Origin: a virus
Taxonomy: Duplodnaviria > Caudoviricetes
DNA: 56,909 nt
IMG/VR virus record: IMGVR_UViG_3300043416_000094
Coordinates: 1 to 56,909 of that record
Strand: one strand, 5' to 3'
A program made the translations under genes and the position numbers. Positions 26,693-34,470 of the stretch are shown one piece after another (the stretch's first letter is position 1; each line of letters opens with the position of its first letter). The notes under the pieces are model-generated. The model was given only the letters and a program-made list of their open reading frames with translations, did not search any database and was not told where the DNA came from.

Positions 26693-27194
26693 AGACGAAG
26701 CACTGAAGCCGGAGCAAGAGTTTTTTGTGGTCAAACACTACTCTGCTGATGAGCGCCCAACCATAAAAGGCAATGGCTTTGATGGACTTGAGGTAGGCAC
26801 TGATCGAGAGGATGCCGAGGAATTCATTGCATGGGTCAATGCTCGTATTTCCACCCCACCACAGCGCAAGCCGGATCAAGAGCCGGTGGCGTGGATGCGG
26901 AAAAATGAAGATTGCAGTGACTGCATTGTGTGGGAGCAAACTGAAGAACACACAATTCCCCTCTACACCACCCCACCACAGCCCAAGCAGGAAGCCAAGC
27001 TGCCGGTGATCTACTGCGACCCGAACGATCTGCAAGGATTCATCTTTGGCGGGTACGAAACGATTGCCGTGGGAAAGAAGTCAGAGACGCGCACGTTCGC
27101 TCTGTACTCCGAAGCACCTGAGATGGCACGGAACCGACTGCTGATTGAACCCGCCATGCTTAAGAAGCTGGGCTATGTGCCGAAGGAGAAGTGA
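26685..27194 (+). CDS. Mosaic hypothetical protein
   Basis: QEPVAWM..IPLYTTPPQ motifs. Confidence 0.7.
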   Translation: MDKDEALKPEQEFFVVKHYSADERPTIKGNGFDGLEVGTDREDAEEFIAWVNARISTPPQRKPDQEPVAWMRKNEDCSDCIVWEQTEEHTIPLYTTPPQPKQEAKLPVIYCDPNDLQGFIFGGYETIAVGKKSETRTFALYSEAPEMARNRLLIEPAMLKKLGYVPKEK

Positions 27195-27352
27195 TGCAGT
27201 GGATTCCTAACCGTTACCGCAAGAACGAAGTGCGGCTGCGCTATACCAAGAAGGCATACTGCCGTGGCATGAGCATTGGTTTTGGGCTGGGCTTGTTCTG
27301 CTGCATCAACCTGTTCATGTTCTTCAACATACTTAAATTGGTACTGACATGA
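27194..27352 (+). CDS. 52-aa membrane protein (not in ORF track)
   Basis: AAGGAG RBS; MQWIPNRYRK...GFGLGLFCCINLFMFFNILKLVLT; stop overlaps the next ATG. Confidence 0.65.
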   Translation: MQWIPNRYRKNEVRLRYTKKAYCRGMSIGFGLGLFCCINLFMFFNILKLVLT

Positions 27353-27909
27353 GTACGCTTATCAGTGATACCCCGTACGTAAAAGCGTACGTGCGCAAGG
27401 AATTTTTGTTCGACGAGAAAAAGCATCATGGCGAGTTTGTACCTGCCGTTGTGTTTGGAGTAAGAGCAGAGCCAGCTAGAGTCCCTATGTTCCAAGTCAT
27501 GTTGGAGTCCGGCGCACAGTGGGCACGAGTACCTATCAACGTGCTGTGTAGCAAGCCATGTGACGCACTACCCGTAGAAGACTGCGCATGGTGGGATAGC
27601 TACGGATACGAGTTCTCTGTTCATTCGTTTGCGTTCCTGAAGAACCACACTGTGTCTGCCCTAGGGCGAGATGGGAAGATACGGTACGGTAACTACTTGT
27701 TTACGCTTGACTGGATGCAAACTGGGTGGAGTGAGATAGCTGATCAGCACAAGAACCACCACATCATCGCTCTAAGTAGTGGGCAGTGGATTGCGTACCC
27801 CAACAACAGATTAGTGTGGCATGACTCAGCATGGATAACACCCGCTCCTGACAAAGAGTGGGAAACACCAACAACAGATTACTTTGTAGAAGGACGTACC
27901 CCACTATGA
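27349..27909 (+). CDS. Conserved hypothetical phage protein
   Basis: YVRKEFL, YLFTLDW, HKNHH and YPNNRLVW motifs. Confidence 0.8.
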   Translation: MSTLISDTPYVKAYVRKEFLFDEKKHHGEFVPAVVFGVRAEPARVPMFQVMLESGAQWARVPINVLCSKPCDALPVEDCAWWDSYGYEFSVHSFAFLKNHTVSALGRDGKIRYGNYLFTLDWMQTGWSEIADQHKNHHIIALSSGQWIAYPNNRLVWHDSAWITPAPDKEWETPTTDYFVEGRTPL

Positions 27910-28082
27910 TTGACTACGGCGAAAGCATCATCAAGATAAAGATACTGCAACGCGAAGCGCATGACGCACTACTGGATCGTGATTGGCAGACCGCCTGTGA
28001 CAAGGCAGACGAGATCATCGTTGCCGCCCGTTCCATCCGTGTGTTCTGCCTGAGTGAACTTGAAAAGGTATTGACCCAGTGA
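27906..28082 (+). CDS. Hypothetical protein
   Basis: Start MIDYGE; overlaps both neighbours by 4 nt. Confidence 0.7.
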   Translation: MIDYGESIIKIKILQREAHDALLDRDWQTACDKADEIIVAARSIRVFCLSELEKVLTQ

Positions 28083-29995
28083 AACTTGTTCCCGTGTTCG
28101 TAGACTTTGAGACGTACTGGTCTGTCACGCACAGTCTTAGCAAGATCAATCCCATAGTCTATTGCACACACAAGGACACGGAGATTATTTCTTGTTCGAT
28201 AGCAGTAGGATCGAAGGATGCCTACGTAGTATTTGGTGAAGATGCTATTCGATCAGAGTTTGAAGCAATCAACTGGTCAGACAAGATAGTCATAGCGCAC
28301 AACATGAGCGGGTTCGACGCCATGATACTTGCGTGGCGGTTTGGTGTTACCCCGGCTATGTGGGGGTGTACCCTAGCTATGGCTAGGCCATTGCACAGTC
28401 TTACTGTAGGAAATTCGTTAGCCAAGCTAGTTGAGCACTACAAACTTGGGGTCAAGGACAACACCGCCCTGCTCAACACCAAGGGCAAGAAGCTGCGTGA
28501 CTTCACTGATGCTGAGCTTAGAGCCATGTCAGAGTACAACAAGGCGGATACAATTCAGTGTGCCAAGTTGTTCCACATACTACGCAAGAGCACGTCCAAT
28601 ACAGAGATGAAGTTGATCGACTTAACTATCCGAATGCTGGTTGAACCGAAGCTGGTAGTAGATAAGGAGTTGTTGCTAAAGACCTACGGCGAGGAACAGG
28701 AGCGCAAGAAGAAGTCCCTAGAGTTGCTTGCCAAAGATATGGGGTTTAGCGGTGAGGGTGATCAAGCTGAGTTCGTGCGTGGTGAACTAGCATCTGCAGC
28801 TAAGTTTGCTGCACAGTTACGCAAATGGGGTGTAGAGCCGCCGATGAAGGCATCTCCTACCAAGCCCGAGAAGCAGACCTACGCATTAGCCAAGACGGAT
28901 CAGGAACTGCTTGCCCTGCAAGATCACGATAACCCATTGGTTGCCGCTGCCACTCGCGCTAGGCTGGATGTTAAGTCCACTATCCTTGAGTCGCGCATCA
29001 GTTCATTCCTTGATGTATCCGAGGCAGTGCATGGACGTATGCCTATAGCCAAGAACTACTACGCTGCACATACCGGACGGTGGGGTGGCAGCATGGGGCT
29101 TAACCAAGAGAACCTGCCTCGCATACCGTACGACAAGGATGGCAAGGTAGTTGAGCGTCCGTCCAACGCACTGCGCTTTTCACTAAGAGCACCCAAGAGG
29201 CACAAGGTTGTCGTAGCTGACCTATCCGGCATTGAGTTACGGGTAAACCACTTCCTGTGGAAAGTACCGTACTCTACTAAGCTGTGGGCTAGCGATGCCA
29301 ACGCAGACTTGTACCGTGCTGCCGGTGCTGTTGAGTACCGATGCACTCCCGCCGAAGTAACCAAGGATCAACGTCAGCTTGAGAAGGTAAAGGCACTTGG
29401 GCTAGGGTTCGGTGCTGGTGCAGCTACGTTTCGTAGAGTAGCTAAGTTGATGGGAGGCATAGACCTGTCCGAGATAGAGGCTATGGACACTGTGAGTTCG
29501 TGGCGTAGCAAGCATCCGGAGATCGTAACAGGGTGGAAGATTTGCCATAACGCGCTGAAGTCGATCGACTTTGGTTCAGACAAGCAACTGGATGATTGGG
29601 GACTATGTAGTACATCAGCCGAAGGGATACGTACCCCGAAAGGCTTGATCCGTTACCCCGACTTACGTAAAGAAGCAGTAGATGGTAAGGAAGAATGGTG
29701 GTACGGGCAGGGGCGTAACAAGACTCGAATATATGCCGGGAAGGTAACAGAGAACATTGTGCAACACTTAGCCCGTTGCATACTTGGCGACATAATGCTC
29801 GACGTGTACAGTAAGACCGGATACCGCCCCACACACAGCGTACACGATGAACTTGTCTACGTAGTACCCTCCGAGGATGCGGACGAGCAGCTTGAGGCTG
29901 TACAGAAGGCAATGCGTACTCCCCCGGTATGGTGGCCTGAGTTGGTCACTTGGAGCGAAGGTGATGTAGCTGATAGTTACGGAGCAGCAAAATGA
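28079..29995 (+). CDS. polA: DNA polymerase family A with 3'-5' exonuclease
   Basis: ExoI DFETY, ExoII AHNMSGFD, ExoIII YNKAD, HTGRW, motif A DLSGIELR, motif C VHDE. Confidence 0.95.
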   Translation: MKLVPVFVDFETYWSVTHSLSKINPIVYCTHKDTEIISCSIAVGSKDAYVVFGEDAIRSEFEAINWSDKIVIAHNMSGFDAMILAWRFGVTPAMWGCTLAMARPLHSLTVGNSLAKLVEHYKLGVKDNTALLNTKGKKLRDFTDAELRAMSEYNKADTIQCAKLFHILRKSTSNTEMKLIDLTIRMLVEPKLVVDKELLLKTYGEEQERKKKSLELLAKDMGFSGEGDQAEFVRGELASAAKFAAQLRKWGVEPPMKASPTKPEKQTYALAKTDQELLALQDHDNPLVAAATRARLDVKSTILESRISSFLDVSEAVHGRMPIAKNYYAAHTGRWGGSMGLNQENLPRIPYDKDGKVVERPSNALRFSLRAPKRHKVVVADLSGIELRVNHFLWKVPYSTKLWASDANADLYRAAGAVEYRCTPAEVTKDQRQLEKVKALGLGFGAGAATFRRVAKLMGGIDLSEIEAMDTVSSWRSKHPEIVTGWKICHNALKSIDFGSDKQLDDWGLCSTSAEGIRTPKGLIRYPDLRKEAVDGKEEWWYGQGRNKTRIYAGKVTENIVQHLARCILGDIMLDVYSKTGYRPTHSVHDELVYVVPSEDADEQLEAVQKAMRTPPVWWPELVTWSEGDVADSYGAAK

Positions 29996-30654
29996 GAGCA
30001 TGGTCATTCAGCAGCCTTAACCTGTTCCAAACATGCCCTAGGCAGTACGAACTGACGAAAGTACGAAACGTCATTCCGTATACTGAAACGGAACAGACCA
30101 AGTGGGGTACTGAAGTTCATGCCGCACTAGAGGACTACATTAAAGATGGCATTCCTTTAGGTGAAAAGTTTATTGAATACAAACCCTATGCTGACAAAAT
30201 CCTGTCATTGCCGGGGGATAGGGTTGTGGAATGGGAATTTGCCCTCACAAATAACTTGACGCCGACAGGGTTCAAGGATCAGAATGCGTGGTGTCGAGGC
30301 ATCATTGACATAGGCGTAATACACGGCAACAAAGCATTCGTTGGTGACTGGAAGACAGGCAAAGTAAGACCTGATTCCGACCAACTCAAGCTATTTGCGG
30401 CAGTGACTATGCAAACGTATTCTGAGGTGGATGTGGTGAAGACCGCATACATCTGGTTGGCGCATGGTAAGACTACTGTTGAGACGTACCGTCGTGAGGA
30501 CTTGCCCTCTTTGTGGGAGCACTTTCTCGCAAAGGTTGCTCGGCTTGAAAAGGCATACGAGAAGGATGTATGGGTTCCGAAGCCATCGGGTTTGTGCAAT
30601 GGATGGTGTGGGGCGGGTAAAGATCACTGCGAATTTTGGAGTCCGCGACGATGA
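29992..30654 (+). CDS. PD-(D/E)XK exonuclease (Cas4/RecB-like)
   Basis: WSFS..CPR, GTEVH, RGIID, DWKTGK, QL, and C-terminal C..WC...C. Confidence 0.88.
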   Translation: MRAWSFSSLNLFQTCPRQYELTKVRNVIPYTETEQTKWGTEVHAALEDYIKDGIPLGEKFIEYKPYADKILSLPGDRVVEWEFALTNNLTPTGFKDQNAWCRGIIDIGVIHGNKAFVGDWKTGKVRPDSDQLKLFAAVTMQTYSEVDVVKTAYIWLAHGKTTVETYRREDLPSLWEHFLAKVARLEKAYEKDVWVPKPSGLCNGWCGAGKDHCEFWSPRR

Positions 30655-30941
30655 CGCCTGAAGGTAGAGTCAAAGAGAAGGTAAAGAAGATTTTTCGTAA
30701 GCACAATGCTTACTACCACATGCCAGTGCAGAACGGCATGGGCGCACCGAGTCTTGACTTCGTGGCGTGTGTAGCAGGACGGTATGTAGCAGTAGAGACT
30801 AAAGCCCCCGGTGGCAAGCCTACTGCTAGACAGTTGAATACGATTGGTGAGATAGAACAAAGCGGCGGCTTGGTGTTTGTACTTGATGGAAACCAAGACG
30901 CGATGGATGACTTCGATAGCAGCATTGGAGAACTAACGTGA
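30651..30941 (+). CDS. VRR-NUC family nuclease
   Basis: TPEGRVK, LDFVAC, AVETKAPGGKPTARQ motifs. Confidence 0.85.
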   Translation: MTPEGRVKEKVKKIFRKHNAYYHMPVQNGMGAPSLDFVACVAGRYVAVETKAPGGKPTARQLNTIGEIEQSGGLVFVLDGNQDAMDDFDSSIGELT

Positions 30942-31207
30942 CTAAATCAAGTAAGCAAGAACTCGCTACAAAAGCGGAGTACAACAAACGAAAAGATGTG
31001 CAAGACAAACGAGTTGCACAGAACAGAGCAAGACGTCAGGCAATATCTGCTGGCAAGGCAAACGTGGGTGATGGTACGCAAGTTGATCACAAGGTTCCGC
31101 TAGACAAAGGAGGTGCAGCTACCAAAAGTAATACACGGGTTGTACCTGCAGAGTTCAACAAAGGTTGGCGCGGTAGGCAACCGGAAATGTATGGGAAGAA
31201 AAAGTAG
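30938..31207 (+). CDS. HNH-like small nuclease
   Basis: VDHKVPLDKGG...SNTRV...N. Confidence 0.75.
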   Translation: MTKSSKQELATKAEYNKRKDVQDKRVAQNRARRQAISAGKANVGDGTQVDHKVPLDKGGAATKSNTRVVPAEFNKGWRGRQPEMYGKKK

Positions 31208-31209
31208 CC

Positions 31210-32781
31210 GTGATAGTCAACCACAAAAAGAAGTGCTTGCTTTTGCGGCTGAGAAATCCAAACAAGGTGCTCTCAGTCATACCGACAGCTAAGCCGTTTA
31301 CACACAATGGAATCAACTATGTAGCAGTTAAGCATGGGCCGGAAGAAACAAAGGTACTACGCAACATAGGCATCAATGCACCGTCTCCCATACTGCATCA
31401 CTACAACTGGCCGTCAAGGTTCACCCCGTTTGCCCAACAGAAAGAAGCCGCTGCGTTCATGTCGTTGGAACGTAGGGCGTTCAACTTGTCGGATATGGGA
31501 ACTGGTAAGACGTTGGCTACTCTGTGGGCGTACGACTTCCTGCGTAGCGTAGGTTTGGCGAAACGAGCATTGGTTGTTACACCGCTGTCAACATTGGAAA
31601 GGACATGGGCTGACGAAGTATTCACGCATTTCCCGCATCTGAATGTGTCTGTGGTGTACGGCTCTAGGGAAAAGCGACTCAACCTACTGAAGACTAAAGC
31701 TGACTTGTATCTAGTCAATCACGACGGCATCAAGGTATCAGGATTAGTTGAAGCACTTGCAGGGCGTAATGATATTGACCTAATAATTATTGATGAAATA
31801 GCACAGGTAGCACGTAACGCAAGTACTGAACGGTATAGAGCACTGCAAATAATATGCAACAAGCAGACGCCGCGCAAGGTATGGGGACTTACTGGAACTC
31901 CAACACCTAACGCACCGACCGATGCTTGGGCGCAGTGCAAGTTGCTTGTGCCTGAGAAAGTACCACCGTACTTCAATAGATTCAAAGATCAGGTAATGCG
32001 GCAAATAAACCAGTTCCTATGGGTTCCTCGTCCGAATGCACTTGATGTTGTACAAGAAGCAATGCAACCCGCAATACGATTCTCCCGCGAAGAATGCGTG
32101 GACTTGCCGCCGGTTATGTACGAGATGCGGTCAGCCAAACTTACTGCGCAGCAAGAGAAAGCGTACCGCGACATGATGAACAAGCTGTGCATAGAAGCGG
32201 AGGAAGGCAGGATAACCGCCGCAAACGAAGCGGTGAAAGCGCAGAAGTTGATCCAAGTAGCTTGTGGTGTTGTGTACGACGGCAAAGGCAATGAAGCTGT
32301 ACTCGATGTTGGCCCTCGCATGGAAGTTTTACTGGAGGTGATACAGCAATCCAAGAACAAGGTTATTGTATTTGCCCCGTTTGTTGCTGTAGTTAAGAAG
32401 CTGCTGGAAGCAGTACGCAAGGAAGGGTATATAGCCGAAGCCATTTACGGTGAGGTTAGCAAGACTGAACGTGACCGTATCTTTTCTGAGTTTCAAGGTG
32501 ACAGTAAGTTGCGCGTGATAGTGGCACAACCGGGAGCAATGTCGCATGGACTGACCCTAACTGCAGCTAACACTATCGTTTGGTTTGCACCGATTACATC
32601 AAACGAAACGTACTTACAGGCAAACGCCCGTATCACTAGACCGGGGCAGAAAGTTAGCCAGTTGATAGTGATGATTGAAGGTACGGTGATGGAGCGTAGG
32701 TACTATCAGAGGTTGAAGGACAAACAAAAAGTGCAAGGATTGTTTCTTGAGATGGTTCGGGAATCAAGAGCCTACGCATAA
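31210..32781 (+). CDS. SNF2-family DNA helicase
   Basis: DMGTGKT, IIIDE, LTGTP, HGLTLT and QANARITRPGQ motifs. Confidence 0.92.
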   Translation: MIVNHKKKCLLLRLRNPNKVLSVIPTAKPFTHNGINYVAVKHGPEETKVLRNIGINAPSPILHHYNWPSRFTPFAQQKEAAAFMSLERRAFNLSDMGTGKTLATLWAYDFLRSVGLAKRALVVTPLSTLERTWADEVFTHFPHLNVSVVYGSREKRLNLLKTKADLYLVNHDGIKVSGLVEALAGRNDIDLIIIDEIAQVARNASTERYRALQIICNKQTPRKVWGLTGTPTPNAPTDAWAQCKLLVPEKVPPYFNRFKDQVMRQINQFLWVPRPNALDVVQEAMQPAIRFSREECVDLPPVMYEMRSAKLTAQQEKAYRDMMNKLCIEAEEGRITAANEAVKAQKLIQVACGVVYDGKGNEAVLDVGPRMEVLLEVIQQSKNKVIVFAPFVAVVKKLLEAVRKEGYIAEAIYGEVSKTERDRIFSEFQGDSKLRVIVAQPGAMSHGLTLTAANTIVWFAPITSNETYLQANARITRPGQKVSQLIVMIEGTVMERRYYQRLKDKQKVQGLFLEMVRESRAYA

Positions 32782-32792
32782 AAGGAGATTGC

Positions 32793-33191
32793 ATGGCAAA
32801 AGTATCAGAGATGCCAAACGACGAATTGGTGAACATATACGTTCAACTACGCGATAGGCGCACAGTACGCAAGAAAGAGTTTGAGATGGTAGATAACAAA
32901 GATAAGGAGAAGCTAGAAAAGATTGAAGCGGTTTTGTTGCAGCGTTATCAGGAAGCTGGAATTGAATCCGCAAGAACCCAATACGGTACGGCGTACAAGA
33001 CGACAGTAGCTTACGCATCAGTTGCAGATAAGGATGCGTTCTTCAATCATGTGAAAGAGAAGGAGGCGTACGAACTGCTTGATGTTCGATGCAATAAGAC
33101 TGGAGTACAGCAGTACATTGACGAGCATGACGACTTACCCCCCGGCATCAACTGGCGCGAAGAAGTGCACATTCGCGTACAACGCGCTTAA
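32793..33191 (+). CDS. Hypothetical replication-module protein
   Basis: AAGGAG RBS; RTQYGT..LPPGI motif. Confidence 0.75.
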   Translation: MAKVSEMPNDELVNIYVQLRDRRTVRKKEFEMVDNKDKEKLEKIEAVLLQRYQEAGIESARTQYGTAYKTTVAYASVADKDAFFNHVKEKEAYELLDVRCNKTGVQQYIDEHDDLPPGINWREEVHIRVQRA

Positions 33192-33211
33192 CACTTAATC
33201 AGGAGAACACA

Positions 33212-34117
33212 GTGTCAAATCTCATTCCTTTGGATAACGTTTCCAAACTGCCCGCTCACCTTCAAGCCTTTGCTACCGAGGGTAACGAGTTCGGGTTCAG
33301 CGGATCATCCTTCCCTGCTATCAGCCTCAAAGGTAAGGTCTTCACAATCGTTCGCGGTAAGGAACGTACTCTCGTCACCAAACCCGGAGGCGAAGGCGAA
33401 CCCGCACCGTCGTTGGAAGTTGTTATCATTAACGTAGGCCCGAAGCAAGGCTACGCCAAGACTTTCTACGCTGAAGGATTTATTGAGGGCAGCGCCGCTA
33501 AGCCCAACTGCTACTCCCAAGATGGCATCAGCCCCGCCGCTGACGCTCAAGAAAAGCAAGCTAGCAAGTGTGCCCTATGTCCGCAGCATGCTGTTGGCTC
33601 CGGTGCGACCAACCAAAACCCCAAAGCACGGGCTTGCAAATCGTCCAAGCTGCTTGCCGTAGCCCCTGCCGGTCAACTGAACGACCCCATGCTGCTGCGC
33701 GTCCCCGGTGCGTCTACAATGGCGCTGTCCGAGTATGGTGATTTCCTTTCCAAGCGCGGAGTCAAAGCTGCCGCTGTGGTAACTCGCATCGGATTCGACT
33801 ATTCGGTGGCCCACCCGTCCTTGACCTTCAAGGCTATGGGCGGCATCACTGCGGAAATGGCGGCAGAAGTTGGCCCACAGGTTAACTCTGATATAGTAAA
33901 AAGCATCATCGGCGAGAAAGTTGTACCTGCTTTTGAATCCGACGAGTTTGTGGAAGTTCCTGCCCTGCCAAAGAAAGCAGAACCCGTAGCAGCTGCAGAA
34001 GAAGCCGCACCTGCCGAAGCACCTGCGCCCAAGAAGCGTGTAACCAAGCCAGCGCCTGTAGTTAAGGACGAAGGTTTGGATGACGCCATTGACGCTCTGG
34101 ACTTCGACGACAAGTAA
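33212..34117 (+). CDS. Putative ssDNA-binding protein
   Basis: PNCYS.DG, C..CP, ACK and LRVP..S motifs; acidic C-terminal tail ending DFDDK. Confidence 0.65.
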   Translation: MSNLIPLDNVSKLPAHLQAFATEGNEFGFSGSSFPAISLKGKVFTIVRGKERTLVTKPGGEGEPAPSLEVVIINVGPKQGYAKTFYAEGFIEGSAAKPNCYSQDGISPAADAQEKQASKCALCPQHAVGSGATNQNPKARACKSSKLLAVAPAGQLNDPMLLRVPGASTMALSEYGDFLSKRGVKAAAVVTRIGFDYSVAHPSLTFKAMGGITAEMAAEVGPQVNSDIVKSIIGEKVVPAFESDEFVEVPALPKKAEPVAAAEEAAPAEAPAPKKRVTKPAPVVKDEGLDDAIDALDFDDK

Positions 34118-34177
34118 CAGTCCCCCCAACGAGGGGCGCGTCTCGTCAAAAACGCGCACTACTTCTAAGGAAAAACC

Positions 34178-34450
34178 ATGATTGATTTTGCAATCGCAAG
34201 GCGGGCTGCACTCACGCAAAAGCGCGAACTTGAGAGACTGTTCAAAGTGTCGTACCCGATGGTCAATGCGTACATGAAAGATAAGTCATACCCTCGGGGC
34301 GCTCGTCGTGTGTACATAGAAAAAGTATTGGCACACGTTTCCAAACTGCTGGCCGAAGGAACTCTGCCGTTCTCTGCAGATATGGATTCCGAAGGTAGGC
34401 TGAAAGCTATTGACGAGATAGTAACGACAGTAACAACCGCGCAAGCATAA
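34178..34450 (+). CDS. Putative HTH transcriptional regulator
   Basis: LTQKRELERLFKVSYPMVNAYM..YP resembles an XRE/Cro-type HTH. Confidence 0.55.
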   Translation: MIDFAIARRAALTQKRELERLFKVSYPMVNAYMKDKSYPRGARRVYIEKVLAHVSKLLAEGTLPFSADMDSEGRLKAIDEIVTTVTTAQA

Positions 34451-34470
34451 TGTCCATACGGGGGTAGTTT

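Noticed and set aside
28079-29995. Z-genome (2-aminoadenine) system
   Set aside because: No purZ-, datZ- or mazZ-like gene recognised in this apparently complete genome.
34178-34450. Lysogeny module
   Set aside because: A lone HTH-like ORF; no integrase, partition genes or divergent repressor pair seen.
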